From an uncultured Bacillota bacterium (lineage in GTDB: Bacteria; Sysuimicrobiota; Sysuimicrobiia; Sysuimicrobiales; Segetimicrobiaceae): DNA of 64,000 bases. Positions 28,000 to 38,532 of the stretch are shown in pieces. A program made the position numbers and the translations under genes. Numbering within the stretch: position 1 is the stretch's first letter; each line of letters starts with the position of its first letter. The DNA is taken from the NCBI GenBank assembly GCA_963804645.1, contig CAWDRG010000009.1, positions 352,001 through 416,000 on the forward strand, given 5' to 3'. A model generated the notes under the pieces. The model had not been told where the DNA came from. It worked only from the letters and a program-made list of their open reading frames with translations, and did not search any database.

Positions 28000-30000
28000 T
28001 TAAACCGACGATTCGCGTGGATCGACCGATGTGGTGTGCACCGGCAGGTCTTTGCGCCACCGCCGCTGGAACACCTGCCGACCGTCAAGGTCCGCTTCCA
28101 CGTCGACATGGATCACAAACGGCGTGGCCAACAGATTGGCTCGGATCGACACGCTGCCCGCGGAGCGGCGGTGCTGCACCAGGACCTCCGCGCGCAGGTT
28201 CGCCGTCCACGGACGATCGGCATCGGTGGTCACGATGCCGTGGTAATCCAGTCCCGTAATCGTGTGCGCGTCGAACCCCTGCTCGTAGTGGAACGTGGCT
28301 TCGTAGCTGACCGTCTTGCCGATAAGATCTCGGTGCACGACATGCGTTTCATCCGACCGCACGCCCGCGGAGAGACGCAGGAGACCGTCAGCATCGGCGG
28401 CCGGAAGCGACGGCGCGGGCAGCCCGGCGCCCCGGTCCGAGATGATCGGCAACTCGACCAGCGACGCCCTGGCGCCACCATAGTGAATCTGGAGTTCGTA
28501 CGGTTCGGGCGTGGGCCAGATCTCGGGGAAATCGGCGCCCGCGAGACACAGGCGCAAGCGGTGGCCCGCCGGTACCACCCGGCAGACCGGTGAGAGCGCC
28601 AGTGAGATCTGGCGGACTTCGTCGCGTGCCAGCGGGCGACGTGGATCGTGGGCGCTCTGCTGGCTGACGTTGGTCCATTCACGTGCGATGACGATGGAGC
28701 CGCCCCGGGGATCGACCTCGCAGAGCTTTACCGCAAGGGAGGGTGCTGGTGTGGTCGCAGACAGTACGACGTGGGCGATTGGTGTGCCACCCAGCTCGAG
28801 GTCCGAGGCGAGCGGCGGAGTCGTGTAGGAGAGTGAGCGATGGTCGTCCGCACTTTGATCGCTCGGCAATGGGATGCCGGCGATGCCGCCGTGCAGGGCC
28901 ACCGATTCGATGCCGACGCGCGAGTCATATACCCAGGTGTCCGACCCCGCGCGCTGCTCGTCCTCCCCGCGCGACAGTCGACCATCCGGGCCAACACGGA
29001 ACGCGACGCGCTCGGCGCGCGCGAGCGGCCAGTCAGCTTCGTACCGCCAGTAACCAGCGCCGAGGACATACACCGTCACCGGGGGCTCGCGATCCACGCC
29101 ATTCTCTATTCCCTTGAGCCAGCGATCCCACCACCGGTCCATTTCACGGAGCGCGCCGATCGGGTGCACGGGAGAGAAATCCGGGAATGCATGCTTCCAC
29201 GGTCCCATCAGGATGCGTTTCGGTCCGTGAAGGGCTTCGTAGACCATGAAGCTGGGTCCCGCGTACTTGTCGTGCCAACCCGAGATAAGAAACGTCGGGA
29301 CCGCAATGCGCTCGTACGGAACGCGGCGGCGAAGCCAGAAGTCGGGATCCGGAGGCTCGCCGTGCCATGAGAGGAGCCACGGCATGTTGGCCTCGAGCCG
29401 TTCGCGCCAAATCTCCAGCCACCGGTCGCCGTCCTCTTGGATGAGGGGCGGGGCCAGGTTCGTGGCCACCAGGCGGGGGGCCCAACTTACCTCGTTGTAC
29501 ATCAGCCCCTGGCATCCGTGGGGACGCAGGTACCAGTCGTAGTTGTCGAAGGTCCCGTGGATCGGGACGATCGCCTTCAAGTGCTGCGGGCGCGTCGAGG
29601 CGATGCTAAGGGACGTGCATCCACCGTAGGAAGTGCCCCACAAGCCGACGGCCCCGGTACACCAGGGCTGCACTGCGATCCACTCCACGACGGCATGTCC
29701 ATCCGCCCGCTCCTGAGGATCAAACGGAAATGGGTTCGTGCCTTCGGAGCAGCCCACGCCGCGAAAGTCCACGTCCAGGGTGGCGTAACCGCGGCTCGCG
29801 AAGTGCTGGTGCGCCGCCGCGCGTATCGCGGCACTTCGCGTGCCGTCCTTATGGTACGGCGTAAAGGAGAACACCGCAGGAAACGGCCCCCCGGTATCGG
29901 GCAGCAGCAGATTCGCCGCCAGCTGCACACCATCTGGCATGGGGATCCGGATGTTGCGCGCCGCCTTCAGACCCGAAGCCGCGGTGTTTGACGATGGCAT
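28000..30000 (-). CDS. CocE/NonD family hydrolase
   Basis: IPMPDGVQLAA, TPYHK, DFRGVGCSEG, GLWGTSYGG, GWHD, MGPWKH. Confidence 0.9.
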   Translation of the reverse strand: MPSSNTAASGLKAARNIRIPMPDGVQLAANLLLPDTGGPFPAVFSFTPYHKDGTRSAAIRAAAHQHFASRGYATLDVDFRGVGCSEGTNPFPFDPQERADGHAVVEWIAVQPWCTGAVGLWGTSYGGCTSLSIASTRPQHLKAIVPIHGTFDNYDWYLRPHGCQGLMYNEVSWAPRLVATNLAPPLIQEDGDRWLEIWRERLEANMPWLLSWHGEPPDPDFWLRRRVPYERIAVPTFLISGWHDKYAGPSFMVYEALHGPKRILMGPWKHAFPDFSPVHPIGALREMDRWWDRWLKGIENGVDREPPVTVYVLGAGYWRYEADWPLARAERVAFRVGPDGRLSRGEDEQRAGSDTWVYDSRVGIESVALHGGIAGIPLPSDQSADDHRSLSYTTPPLASDLELGGTPIAHVVLSATTPAPSLAVKLCEVDPRGGSIVIAREWTNVSQQSAHDPRRPLARDEVRQISLALSPVCRVVPAGHRLRLCLAGADFPEIWPTPEPYELQIHYGGARASLVELPIISDRGAGLPAPSLPAADADGLLRLSAGVRSDETHVVHRDLIGKTVSYEATFHYEQGFDAHTITGLDYHGIVTTDADRPWTANLRAEVLVQHRRSAGSVSIRANLLATPFVIHVDVEADLDGRQVFQRRWRKDLPVHTTSVDPRESSV

Positions 30001-30255
30001 CTCTCGCCCCCTACATACCACGTGATCGCGTAGGTGCTGGTCTCGAGACGCCTGGGCATCGGGTCACCGGTGGCCCGCCGACGACTCAAGACCCTCGTCG
30101 CAATCACCGAACCGCTCGTCCAGGAATCCCATCCCGTCGGAGCCACCGACGTCGGGTGCGCCGCGCGTCGATGGCCGACGCACGGATCCGTCCAATGGGG
30201 ACCGTAGAGAGAACCGACGTACTCGCCGAATCCGCGCAGAGAATGGGTACGTCCA

Positions 30256-31203
30256 TCAATCGAACGCAAACACCCGCTTCCAATCACGCTTCATGTCAAC
30301 GACGGTCCAGCCGTGCGCGTGGGCTTCGTCGAGCGCCTTGTTGAGGGTTCCGAGGACGGCGCGCTCGTACGCGTATTCGCGCTCGGCGTCGGTGTGGTGA
30401 ATGAGTCCCATGAAGCGGGCGCCGGCACCTGCCGCCGTCCACTGCAACATCGGCAGATCGCCGTCGCTGTTGCCGAAAGCAAGAATCGGGCGGCGCCCGA
30501 TATACCGATAGATCGCGACCGGTTTGCCTGAGCCGTCGTCTACGAAGTTGATCTTGGCCTCTCGCATGAGCACGGGCTTGCCGTCCGGCCCCATCATAAA
30601 CTGGGTGACGCAGGACGAGCCGACCACTTGCTCGGGGGGAATGCCGTAGACGCGCTCGGCGAACGCGTACATGAACTCGATGCCGCCGCCCGACACGATG
30701 AAAGTCTTGAACCCATTGGCACGTAGATAGGTGAGCAGTTCAATCATCGGTTGGTAGACCACTGCACTGTACTCGCACTTGAATCTCAGATCACGCGCAC
30801 TGGCGAACCAATCTTTGACGATGCGCTGGAACTCCTCCGTGGTCATGCCGGCATGGGTGGCCCCGACCACATCAACGAGCCCGCGCTCACCCGACTGCGC
30901 GAGCGTCTTCAGATCCCCTTCGAGCGCCGCCTTGAATGGTTGCGTCTCCTTCCACTCGGGGTGCGCAGAGGCGAGCGCCTTCAGCCGGTCGAGCGCAAAC
31001 GCGAACTGGACCGGCACCGGCTGCTCGCACCAGAGCGTGCCGTCGTTGTCGAACGTGGCGATGCGTTCCTCGGGCCGCATGAAGTCCGGTCCGCCCTCAT
31101 GGGTCACCTTGGCGACATACTCGATGATGGCCTGTTTGCTCGCGCCATTGTTCCATGACGGAAGCGGATCGGACTGCGCCGGCGAACCGGCATTAGGACT
31201 CAT
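30256..31203 (-). CDS. HAD family hydrolase
   Basis: RIATFDNDGTLWCEQP, IVSGGG, GKPV, AFGNSDGD. Confidence 0.9.
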   Translation of the reverse strand: MSPNAGSPAQSDPLPSWNNGASKQAIIEYVAKVTHEGGPDFMRPEERIATFDNDGTLWCEQPVPVQFAFALDRLKALASAHPEWKETQPFKAALEGDLKTLAQSGERGLVDVVGATHAGMTTEEFQRIVKDWFASARDLRFKCEYSAVVYQPMIELLTYLRANGFKTFIVSGGGIEFMYAFAERVYGIPPEQVVGSSCVTQFMMGPDGKPVLMREAKINFVDDGSGKPVAIYRYIGRRPILAFGNSDGDLPMLQWTAAGAGARFMGLIHHTDAEREYAYERAVLGTLNKALDEAHAHGWTVVDMKRDWKRVFAFD

Positions 31204-31260
31204 CGCATCCCCAGGTGACGTGATGACCACCCCGCATAGTATGCCCCGCGCCCGCTGCAG

Positions 31261-31623
31261 TCACTCGCGCCAACCCTCTCGGTGTCGGAAGAAACCCGTG
31301 TTGCCGATCCTAAATACGTGCTCTTCCTGATAGGCTGGACACTGTTCCGCCTGGGCGGCGGAAATGCTCAACTGGACCGCGTGCTCGGTGATCCGCGCGA
31401 CCAACGCCGCCGACGCCATCCGGGGCGATGACCACAGACGATGTCGAAACCCGACGCCGTGGAAGATGTCCCGCTCGGGATCGCCGAGCGCGTGTGTCAC
31501 GTGGCCGATCGAGGTGCCGTCCGCCGCGAAGACCGGCATCCCGGTGGCAATCATCCGCCACGAAACGACGTCGTCGCTGTTGTCGCTGTTTGCAGGAGGC
31601 TCGTAGGAATCCGTCATATCCAC
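31261..31623 (-). CDS. Hypothetical protein, PRC-barrel/DUF2171-like
   Basis: SWRMIATGMPVFAADGTSIGHV...GD..DIFHG. Confidence 0.6.
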   Translation of the reverse strand: MDMTDSYEPPANSDNSDDVVSWRMIATGMPVFAADGTSIGHVTHALGDPERDIFHGVGFRHRLWSSPRMASAALVARITEHAVQLSISAAQAEQCPAYQEEHVFRIGNTGFFRHREGWRE

Positions 31624-31691
31624 CGCTTCGCACGCGGCGTGTCATCGCCCTTCCACACCAGGCGCCCCGACTCCGGTGGGACCCGCGTCCC

Positions 31692-32429
31692 CTACCGCAG
31701 CGTGCTTGCAAATAACCCCGTCAGTTTCTCGAATGCACGCTCCGCCTGTGGTCGGTTGTACACAGGGCTGTCCGGCACTGTCCAACCGTGACGCGCACCC
31801 TCGTAGACCTCGCTCTCATACCGCCCGCCCCACGCTGCGAGCGCGCCGTCGAACTTCTTGATCGCCTCTTCAGGCATGCTGCGATCCTCAACCGCGTGGC
31901 CGAAATAGAGCCGGGCGCGGATGCGCGGCAACGCAAGATGCGGGCTGTCCGGGCTGTCGGTATAGAGCCCGCCGCCGTGAAAGGACGCGGCCGCGGTGAC
32001 CCTCCCGGCGCGCACCGCCGCAGTGCGCATCGCCATGGCACCAGCAAAGCAGTACCCGACGACGCCCATCGGACCGGCGCCAACGGCACCGTCAGCGGCG
32101 AGGAAGTCGACGTAGTTCGCCACGTCGTGTTCGACCGCGTCGGGCGTCAGCGGGGCTCTCAACTCGGCCATCCGCTTCGCCCGCTGGTCTTCGCCCGCGC
32201 CCGCCGGCAGTTCAGCCACCGGCGGCCGCCCGGATCGGTAAAAGATGTTGGGCATCAACACCGTGTACCCTTGGGCGGCGAGGCGCTGCGCCATGTCACG
32301 ATGAGACTGGCGAATGCCTCGGATGTCCGTCAAATGAATCACGCCGGGCTGGAGACGGCCGTCGTCGGCACGGTACACGAACCCGTCGACAACGCCGTCG
32401 GAGGTCCGAATCTCGATCGCTTCTTCCAT
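31692..32429 (-). CDS. Dienelactone hydrolase family protein
   Basis: GYTVLMPN, GVVGYCFAG, AASFHGG, YEGARHGW. Confidence 0.9.
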   Translation of the reverse strand: MEEAIEIRTSDGVVDGFVYRADDGRLQPGVIHLTDIRGIRQSHRDMAQRLAAQGYTVLMPNIFYRSGRPPVAELPAGAGEDQRAKRMAELRAPLTPDAVEHDVANYVDFLAADGAVGAGPMGVVGYCFAGAMAMRTAAVRAGRVTAAASFHGGGLYTDSPDSPHLALPRIRARLYFGHAVEDRSMPEEAIKKFDGALAAWGGRYESEVYEGARHGWTVPDSPVYNRPQAERAFEKLTGLFASTLR

Positions 32430-32777
32430 GCTCGATTCCTCCCATTGATACGTCTCAACACCCGCCCGCGCCAGCAGTCAGTGGGCTCGTGGCAGATCGC
32501 CGATCGGCTCGCTGCCGCCGATCTCCTGTGAACTAGGTTCCGCAGTCGCGCGCATCGTCCTGCCGCAGTCGTGAGTCGTTACCCGGTCTGTACGAGGACC
32601 CCGCCAGCAAACCCGACCGCGCGATCGGTGACGGCCATAGTTGTCCGCAACCCCGCGCGCTTCAAGGAGGCAGAAACGTGGAGGCGAAATGGCCAGATGG
32701 ACCGATACGGGGTCATGCAGCGGCAGCTCCTGCACCCGCTGGTGTGCCACGGCAAAGGCGACGGGAGGGACACGCAC

Positions 32778-33401
32778 ATGTCGACCGGCGTAGACGGCGC
32801 GCGCATGGAGCAGCTCCGCGCGGGCGTGCGCGAGAGCTTGCCTGAACTCCAACACATCAAAGACACGGATCTGCGAGAGAAGGTCGTCGACGCGTGGGCG
32901 CTGGCGCTTTCGCAAACGACGTTCAACCGCATCGAGGATGTGCCTCCGGAAGGGAACCCCGGTGATTGGGTGCTGCGGCGCGGAACGCAGACGGACCACA
33001 TCCGTGCCGTCGCCAGGATGGCCGTGGCATTGGCCGACGAGCTCGAATCCATATTCGGTTCGATCGGCGTGGATCGGGACATCCTGATGGCTGCCGGCCT
33101 CGTCCATGACGTCGGCAAACCGTTCGAGATGGACCCGTCGAATCAACGGCGGTGGCGCGACAACCCGGCGGCTTCCGGACATCCGGCGCTGCGGCATCCC
33201 GCGTACGGCGCCCATATTGCGCTCACCGTCGGGCTTCCCGAGGCGGTGGTTCATTGCGCGGGGTGTCATTCGCTGAACGCCGAGGGCCAGTTCGTCTCGG
33301 CCGGGTTGGAAACCATGCTCGTGCAGTACGCGGACGCGTCCTCCTGGAGAGTCCTCCAATGCGCCGGTCTGGTCACCAGGCCCGGCAAGGACGCCCGGTA
33401 G
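32778..33401 (+). CDS. HD domain protein
   Basis: DHIRAV, AGLVHDVGK, RHPAYG, VQYAD; ATG after GGGAGG. Confidence 0.8.
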   Translation: MSTGVDGARMEQLRAGVRESLPELQHIKDTDLREKVVDAWALALSQTTFNRIEDVPPEGNPGDWVLRRGTQTDHIRAVARMAVALADELESIFGSIGVDRDILMAAGLVHDVGKPFEMDPSNQRRWRDNPAASGHPALRHPAYGAHIALTVGLPEAVVHCAGCHSLNAEGQFVSAGLETMLVQYADASSWRVLQCAGLVTRPGKDAR

Positions 33402-34003
33402 TGACCCACGTGACGGACAACCCGATTCAGGAGATCACGGAGGACCGGGAGCGGGCGCGCGCCGCGGCCGATCCCTTAGCGGACGTCTGCTATCTCGTCA
33501 CGGTGGCGTCGCCGGAGCGCGCGGAGGCGCGCGCGCTCACACTGCGCGACATCACCGACGAGGGTTTTGGCATCTTGATCAACCGCACCAGCCCCAAGTG
33601 GAAGCAGCTCTCCGCGACAGACACCGCCACCCTGCTGATTCACTGGCCCACGGTGCGCCGGCAGTACCGGATCTGGGGCGGCATCGCCTCGATGGACGCC
33701 GCACGCGTCAACGCCTACTGGGCGCGCAAGAACTTGGGATCCAAGCTGCTCGAGTATTACTACACGACCTTTGCACCGCAGAGCCATCGCATCGCGTCGC
33801 GCGCTGAGTTCCTCGCAGGGATCGAGGAGCTGCGGCGCCGTTATCCGGATCGAGAGGCGGTCCCGTTGCCGGACAGCCTCGCGGGCATCTACGTGGCGCC
33901 CCGCGAGATAGAGGTGTGGCACGGCTCGGAAGAGCGCCTGCACGATCGGCGTGTGTTTCAACGATCCGGCGCCGGGTGGGTAGGGCACACGCTCGTTCCG
34001 TGA
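33401..34003 (+). CDS. Pyridoxamine 5'-phosphate oxidase family protein
   Basis: ARALTLR, SPKWKQL, RQYRIWG, IEVWHG..RLHDR. Confidence 0.8.
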   Translation: MTHVTDNPIQEITEDRERARAAADPLADVCYLVTVASPERAEARALTLRDITDEGFGILINRTSPKWKQLSATDTATLLIHWPTVRRQYRIWGGIASMDAARVNAYWARKNLGSKLLEYYYTTFAPQSHRIASRAEFLAGIEELRRRYPDREAVPLPDSLAGIYVAPREIEVWHGSEERLHDRRVFQRSGAGWVGHTLVP

Positions 34004-34060
34004 CCCCGCTCTCCAGGTGCGGCGCGCGGAAGTACGGCCTGCCTCCACCGTCGACGGACG

Positions 34061-34843
34061 CTAATGCGCCGTCCATCCCCCATCAATCGGGAGTGCCGCC
34101 CCGGTCAGGGCCGCAGCGGCGTCTGAACACAAGTACAGCGCGAGCGCCGCGACCTCGGACGGCTCCAGCAGACGCTTCACGGCCTGGCTGGTCCGCATGA
34201 CCTGCTCGACGCCCTCCGACTCGGGGATTCCCGGCAGCCGCGACTGCTCGGCGATCCGACGCTCGATCAGCGGCGTCCGGATGTACCCGGGGCAGATCGC
34301 GTTGACCGTGACGCCGTACTGCGCCACCTCCCACGCCGCGGCCTTCGTGAATCCCACGACCCCGTGCTTCGCCGCCACGTACGCGGATCTGAACGGCGAC
34401 GCCACGAGGCCGTGTGCCGACGAGATGTTGATGACACGCCCCCACCGTCCGCGAATCATGTGGGGCAGGGCGTACTTCGTGCAGAGAAACGTCCCCGTCA
34501 GCAACACCCCGAGCAGGTGCTGCCAGCGCTCCTCGGGGAAGTCGACGACCGGCGCGACGTGCTGCAGGCCGGCGTTGTTCACGAGGATGTCGAACTGCCC
34601 GAATTCCCGTACCACCGCGTCGACCATGGCGCGCACGGATTTCGAGTCTGCGACGTCCACCTCGGCAAACATCGCGCGGCCCCCGCGGCGGCCGATCTCC
34701 TCGACCGCCACCTTGCCGGCGTCCCGATTGACGTCGGCGACGCACACGCCGACACCCGCCTCGGCGAGCGCGGCGGCCATCGCCAGACCCAGCCCGGATG
34801 CCGCGCCGGTGACGGCGGCCGTCCTGCCCCGCAGTGTCGCCAC
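34061..34843 (-). CDS. 3-hydroxybutyrate dehydrogenase-like SDR
   Basis: TGAASGLG, NNAGLQHVAP, SSAHGLVAS, YVAAKHG. Confidence 0.88.
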   Translation of the reverse strand: MATLRGRTAAVTGAASGLGLAMAAALAEAGVGVCVADVNRDAGKVAVEEIGRRGGRAMFAEVDVADSKSVRAMVDAVVREFGQFDILVNNAGLQHVAPVVDFPEERWQHLLGVLLTGTFLCTKYALPHMIRGRWGRVINISSAHGLVASPFRSAYVAAKHGVVGFTKAAAWEVAQYGVTVNAICPGYIRTPLIERRIAEQSRLPGIPESEGVEQVMRTSQAVKRLLEPSEVAALALYLCSDAAAALTGAALPIDGGWTAH

Positions 34844-34844
34844 C

Positions 34845-35753
34845 TTAGGAGAACACTCCCAACCCGGCGTTCGCCAGCACGTCACGCGTGCGCCGAATCG
34901 CCTCGATGTGGGCCTGCGGGGTGGCGAGCCCGGCCCGCATCGTCCCGACGCTCACGTGCGTGCCGCCGATCGCGGCCCACTCGGCGACCGCCTGCACGAT
35001 TCGGTCCGGCGGATCAGCGGCATTGACGCCCCGCTGGAGTCCGATCTCCGCGGGATCCCGCCCGGCTTCGCGCGCATACTCGTGCAGCCGCGACACCAGT
35101 GCCGGGTACCCGCCCGGCACCGGGGCCGCACGCTTCGTCGGCGACAGGATGCCGCCGCCGGCCATCCATCCCGATGCGAGCCGGGCGGTCCGGCGGAGCA
35201 CGACGTCACTCTCGCCGCCGATCCAGATGGGAATCGGGCGCTGCACGGGCAGCGGATTGATCCCCGCCTCCACGATCCGGTGCCAGCGGCCCTCAAACGT
35301 CACGACCTCCTGCGTCCAGAACGCCCGCAGGACGGCGATCTGCTCCTCGATCCTGGCGCCCCGCGTGCGAAAATCTTCGCCGATGGCCTCAAACTCGGCG
35401 CTGTTCCACCCGACCCCGACGCCGAGGCGCAGACGCCCGCCGCTCAGCACGTCCACCTCGGCCGCCTGTTTCGCGACGAGCGCCGTCCCGCGCTGCGGCA
35501 GGACGAGGACGCCGTTGACGAGCTCCAGGCGCCGCGTGATCGCCGCCAGATACCCGAACAGCACGAACGGCTCGTGAAACATGTCCTTGTACGTGTAGCC
35601 CATCCAGTCCGCGGAACGCGGCACCACGCCCAGGATGTGGTCGTAAGCGAGCAAGAAGTCGTAGCCGAGATCCTCGGACGCCCGAGTGAACTCCACCACG
35701 CCCCGCGGATTCGCGCCGATCTCGGTTTGCGGCAACACCACGCCGATCTTCAT
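34845..35753 (-). CDS. LLM class (probably F420-dependent) oxidoreductase
   Basis: MKIGVVLPQTEIG, YDHILG, HEPFVL, GRLRLGVGVGWN. Confidence 0.88.
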   Translation of the reverse strand: MKIGVVLPQTEIGANPRGVVEFTRASEDLGYDFLLAYDHILGVVPRSADWMGYTYKDMFHEPFVLFGYLAAITRRLELVNGVLVLPQRGTALVAKQAAEVDVLSGGRLRLGVGVGWNSAEFEAIGEDFRTRGARIEEQIAVLRAFWTQEVVTFEGRWHRIVEAGINPLPVQRPIPIWIGGESDVVLRRTARLASGWMAGGGILSPTKRAAPVPGGYPALVSRLHEYAREAGRDPAEIGLQRGVNAADPPDRIVQAVAEWAAIGGTHVSVGTMRAGLATPQAHIEAIRRTRDVLANAGLGVFS

Positions 35754-35952
35754 CAATGTGCTCCTATCTCACCGCGCACTCGCGTGTCGGCGCCGGACAT
35801 TCTGAGAGCCTCGTCCTCCGCTGATTCGAACCGCCGCACCGCCCACCCTTCCACGCGGAAAGAAGGCCGCGCGCCGGCGACGAAGTACGGCATCCGAACG
35901 GCACGGGCCGGGCCGGAGTTCGACGCGCCCCCGTGCAGAGAGAGGACGGCCG

Positions 35953-36681
35953 ATGACGGACCACCTGTACCAGCGGGACAGCTACCTGCGCGAGTTTGAC
36001 GCCCGCGTGACCGAGGTGCAGGAGCACGCCGTGGTGCTCGACCGCACCGCGTTCTTCCCCGGCGGCGGCGGGCAGCCCGCGGACGCGGGCACGCTCGACT
36101 GGAACGGCGCGCCGGCGCCCGTCGTCGAGCTGCGCCGAGACGGCGATCTCGTGTGGCACGTAGTGGACGGCGCCCCGCCGAGCGCGGGCACGCCCGTGCG
36201 CGGCCGGGTCGATTGGGCCCGGCGGTACGCGATCATGCGCCACCACTCCGCGCTGCACGTCCTGGTCGGCATCGTTTATCGACGGTTCGGCGCCAAGGTG
36301 ACCGGCGGGGCGATTTATCCGGACCGCGCGCGGATGGATTTCTCCCTCGACAACCTGAACAAGGAGCTCGTGGCCGCGATCGAGGCGCAGACGAACGCCA
36401 TCATCGCGGAGAATCTGCCGATCCACGTACGGTTCGTCTCGCGGGAGGAGTTCGACCGGGGCGACCTCACGCGCCTGGCAAACGTCTCGCTTCCCCCGAC
36501 CGTCCTCGAGGTGCGTGTCGTGGAGATCGAAGGCTTCGACGCGCAGGCCGACGGAGGCACCCACGTGGCGCGCACCGGCGAGATCGGCATGCTCGAGATC
36601 ACCAAAACCGAAAACAAAGGCAAGGCCAATCGCCGGCTGGAGATCGCGCTGCGCGGCGGCCCCGGTGCGGCGCCGGGGTAG
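35953..36681 (+). CDS. Alanyl-tRNA editing protein AlaX
   Basis: LDRTAFFPGGGGQPAD, MRHHSALH, ADGGTHV. Confidence 0.9.
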   Translation: MTDHLYQRDSYLREFDARVTEVQEHAVVLDRTAFFPGGGGQPADAGTLDWNGAPAPVVELRRDGDLVWHVVDGAPPSAGTPVRGRVDWARRYAIMRHHSALHVLVGIVYRRFGAKVTGGAIYPDRARMDFSLDNLNKELVAAIEAQTNAIIAENLPIHVRFVSREEFDRGDLTRLANVSLPPTVLEVRVVEIEGFDAQADGGTHVARTGEIGMLEITKTENKGKANRRLEIALRGGPGAAPG

Positions 36682-36784
36682 CGCGGCCCCGGAGCCCGCG
36701 TGAACGGCCGTCCGCCCGATGCTATACTAGGGCTCGTCCGGACGCGCCGGAACGCCCACGCAGCGCGGCCGGTGGAGGGTCCGC

Positions 36785-37183
36785 ATGACGGACAAGATCA
36801 AGAAGAGCGACAGCGAGTGGCGCCAGCAGCTCACGCCGGAACAGTATGCCGTGACGCGTCAGAAGGCGACCGAGCGCCCGTTCACCGGCGAATATTACCG
36901 CATGACGGATCCCGGCACCTACCGCTGCGTCTGCTGCGGCGAGGAACTCTTCGAATCGGACACCAAGTTCGACGCGGGCTGCGGCTGGCCGAGCTTCACC
37001 AAACCGATCGCCGGCGACCGTGTCGACGAAGAGACGGACCGCACCCACGGCATGACCCGCACCGAAGTCCTGTGCGCCAAATGCGGCGCGCATCTCGGTC
37101 ATGTCTTCGACGACGGACCGCAGCCGACCGGCCTGCGGTACTGCATCAACTCGGCTGCGCTCAAGCACGCCGCGAAGAAGTGA
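36785..37183 (+). CDS. msrB: Peptide-methionine (R)-S-oxide reductase
   Basis: [34 protein letters not shown]; extended -10 TGcTATACT at 36720. Confidence 0.96.
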   Translation: MTDKIKKSDSEWRQQLTPEQYAVTRQKATERPFTGEYYRMTDPGTYRCVCCGEELFESDTKFDAGCGWPSFTKPIAGDRVDEETDRTHGMTRTEVLCAKCGAHLGHVFDDGPQPTGLRYCINSAALKHAAKK

Positions 37184-37280
37184 CCGCCCGCCCAGACGCG
37201 GCGACCCTCCATGAGCGGAACGGCCCGCGCATGAGGCCCGGCACCGCGCGCTGAACCTTCGACGTGGAGGGGATTCGACG

Positions 37281-38345
37281 ATGGCGTTTCGAGCGGAGTT
37301 CGGACTCCAACTGCATCTCCCCACGGCCGGGACCCGCTACACCACGCCCGCGCTCATCGATCTCGGCGTCCAGGCCGCCGACGCGGGGTTCCGCCAAGTG
37401 TGGGTCACGGACAACCTACGGGTGCGCAACATCTTCGTCGTGCTCGCCGGCCTCGCGATGCGCGTCAAGGTCAAGTTGGGAGCCGCCGTGCTGGTGCAGT
37501 ATTTCCGGAACCCAGTCGATGTCGCCGACGCGGTGGCGAGCATCAGCGAGCTCATGGATGGGCGGGAGTTTACGCTCGGCATCGGCCGCGGCAACCTGCA
37601 CCACACGCCGAATCAGCTCCAGCTCGCGAAGCCGCTCGCGATGTCGCGGGAGCTGGCCCTGTCCCTCCGGGCCCTGCTGGCGGGGGAACGGGTCCGCTTT
37701 GACGCCTACCCGACCCTGGCGGCGTACTTCAACCTCAATCCGGAGGAAGAGATCCAGCTGATCTTCCGTCCGCGCGGCCCCGTGCCGCTGATAAACGGCG
37801 GCAACGGACCGAAGGGCGCCGCCCTGGCGGCGCGCTGCTTCGACGGTATGATTTACGGGCCGACGTTCGTTGCGGCCGCCCAGATGGGGAAGGCCGCGGG
37901 CCTGCTGGACATCGCCCGGAAGACGGCGGAGGAACTGCCGGACCGCAAGGCGCTTCGGTTCGTCGCCGAAGTCAACGTGTTCCTCTCGTCAGATCGCGCG
38001 CGCGCGCGTGAGGCCGCGAAGACCCACGCGGCGTCGATGCTCCTGAGCGTGCGCAACATGGGGCACAGCCCGGATGACTTCCGCCGCCTGGGCGTCACGC
38101 CAGAACAGCTCGACGCCATCGGCCGCGCCGCGGCGCGGCGGGCGCGGCCCGACGAGGTCGCCGCCCTGGTCACCGACGAGGTCATCGATGCGACGTACAT
38201 CGCGGGCGATCTGGACAGCTGCCGGCCTCGGCTGCTGGAGATCTGCCGGACCGCGGACGCCCTCGGCTTTCATCAGATCATGTTTTCGAAGCTCGGACCG
38301 GATTTCGGCGAGGCGATCCGCATCCTGGCGGCGGCGGTGCTGTAG
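37281..38345 (+). CDS. LLM class flavin-dependent oxidoreductase
   Basis: AGFRQVWVTD, RNPVDVA, TLGIGRG, GGNGPK. Confidence 0.8.
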   Translation: MAFRAEFGLQLHLPTAGTRYTTPALIDLGVQAADAGFRQVWVTDNLRVRNIFVVLAGLAMRVKVKLGAAVLVQYFRNPVDVADAVASISELMDGREFTLGIGRGNLHHTPNQLQLAKPLAMSRELALSLRALLAGERVRFDAYPTLAAYFNLNPEEEIQLIFRPRGPVPLINGGNGPKGAALAARCFDGMIYGPTFVAAAQMGKAAGLLDIARKTAEELPDRKALRFVAEVNVFLSSDRARAREAAKTHAASMLLSVRNMGHSPDDFRRLGVTPEQLDAIGRAAARRARPDEVAALVTDEVIDATYIAGDLDSCRPRLLEICRTADALGFHQIMFSKLGPDFGEAIRILAAAVL

Positions 38346-38532
38346 CGGACCTCCGGCGGGCACCTCGGTGGGACCGGCAGCCGGCGGCGCGGGAGCGGGG
38401 GCCGCACATCGCGCCTGATGTGCGCCCGGGGCGCCGCCTCTCTGGCGGCGCGGCAACGGCTCCGCAACGCGTATGCCGCCTGGATGCGTGTCAAGACCGA
38501 GCGGCGGGACGCACGGGTGGAGGGAGAGCCCA

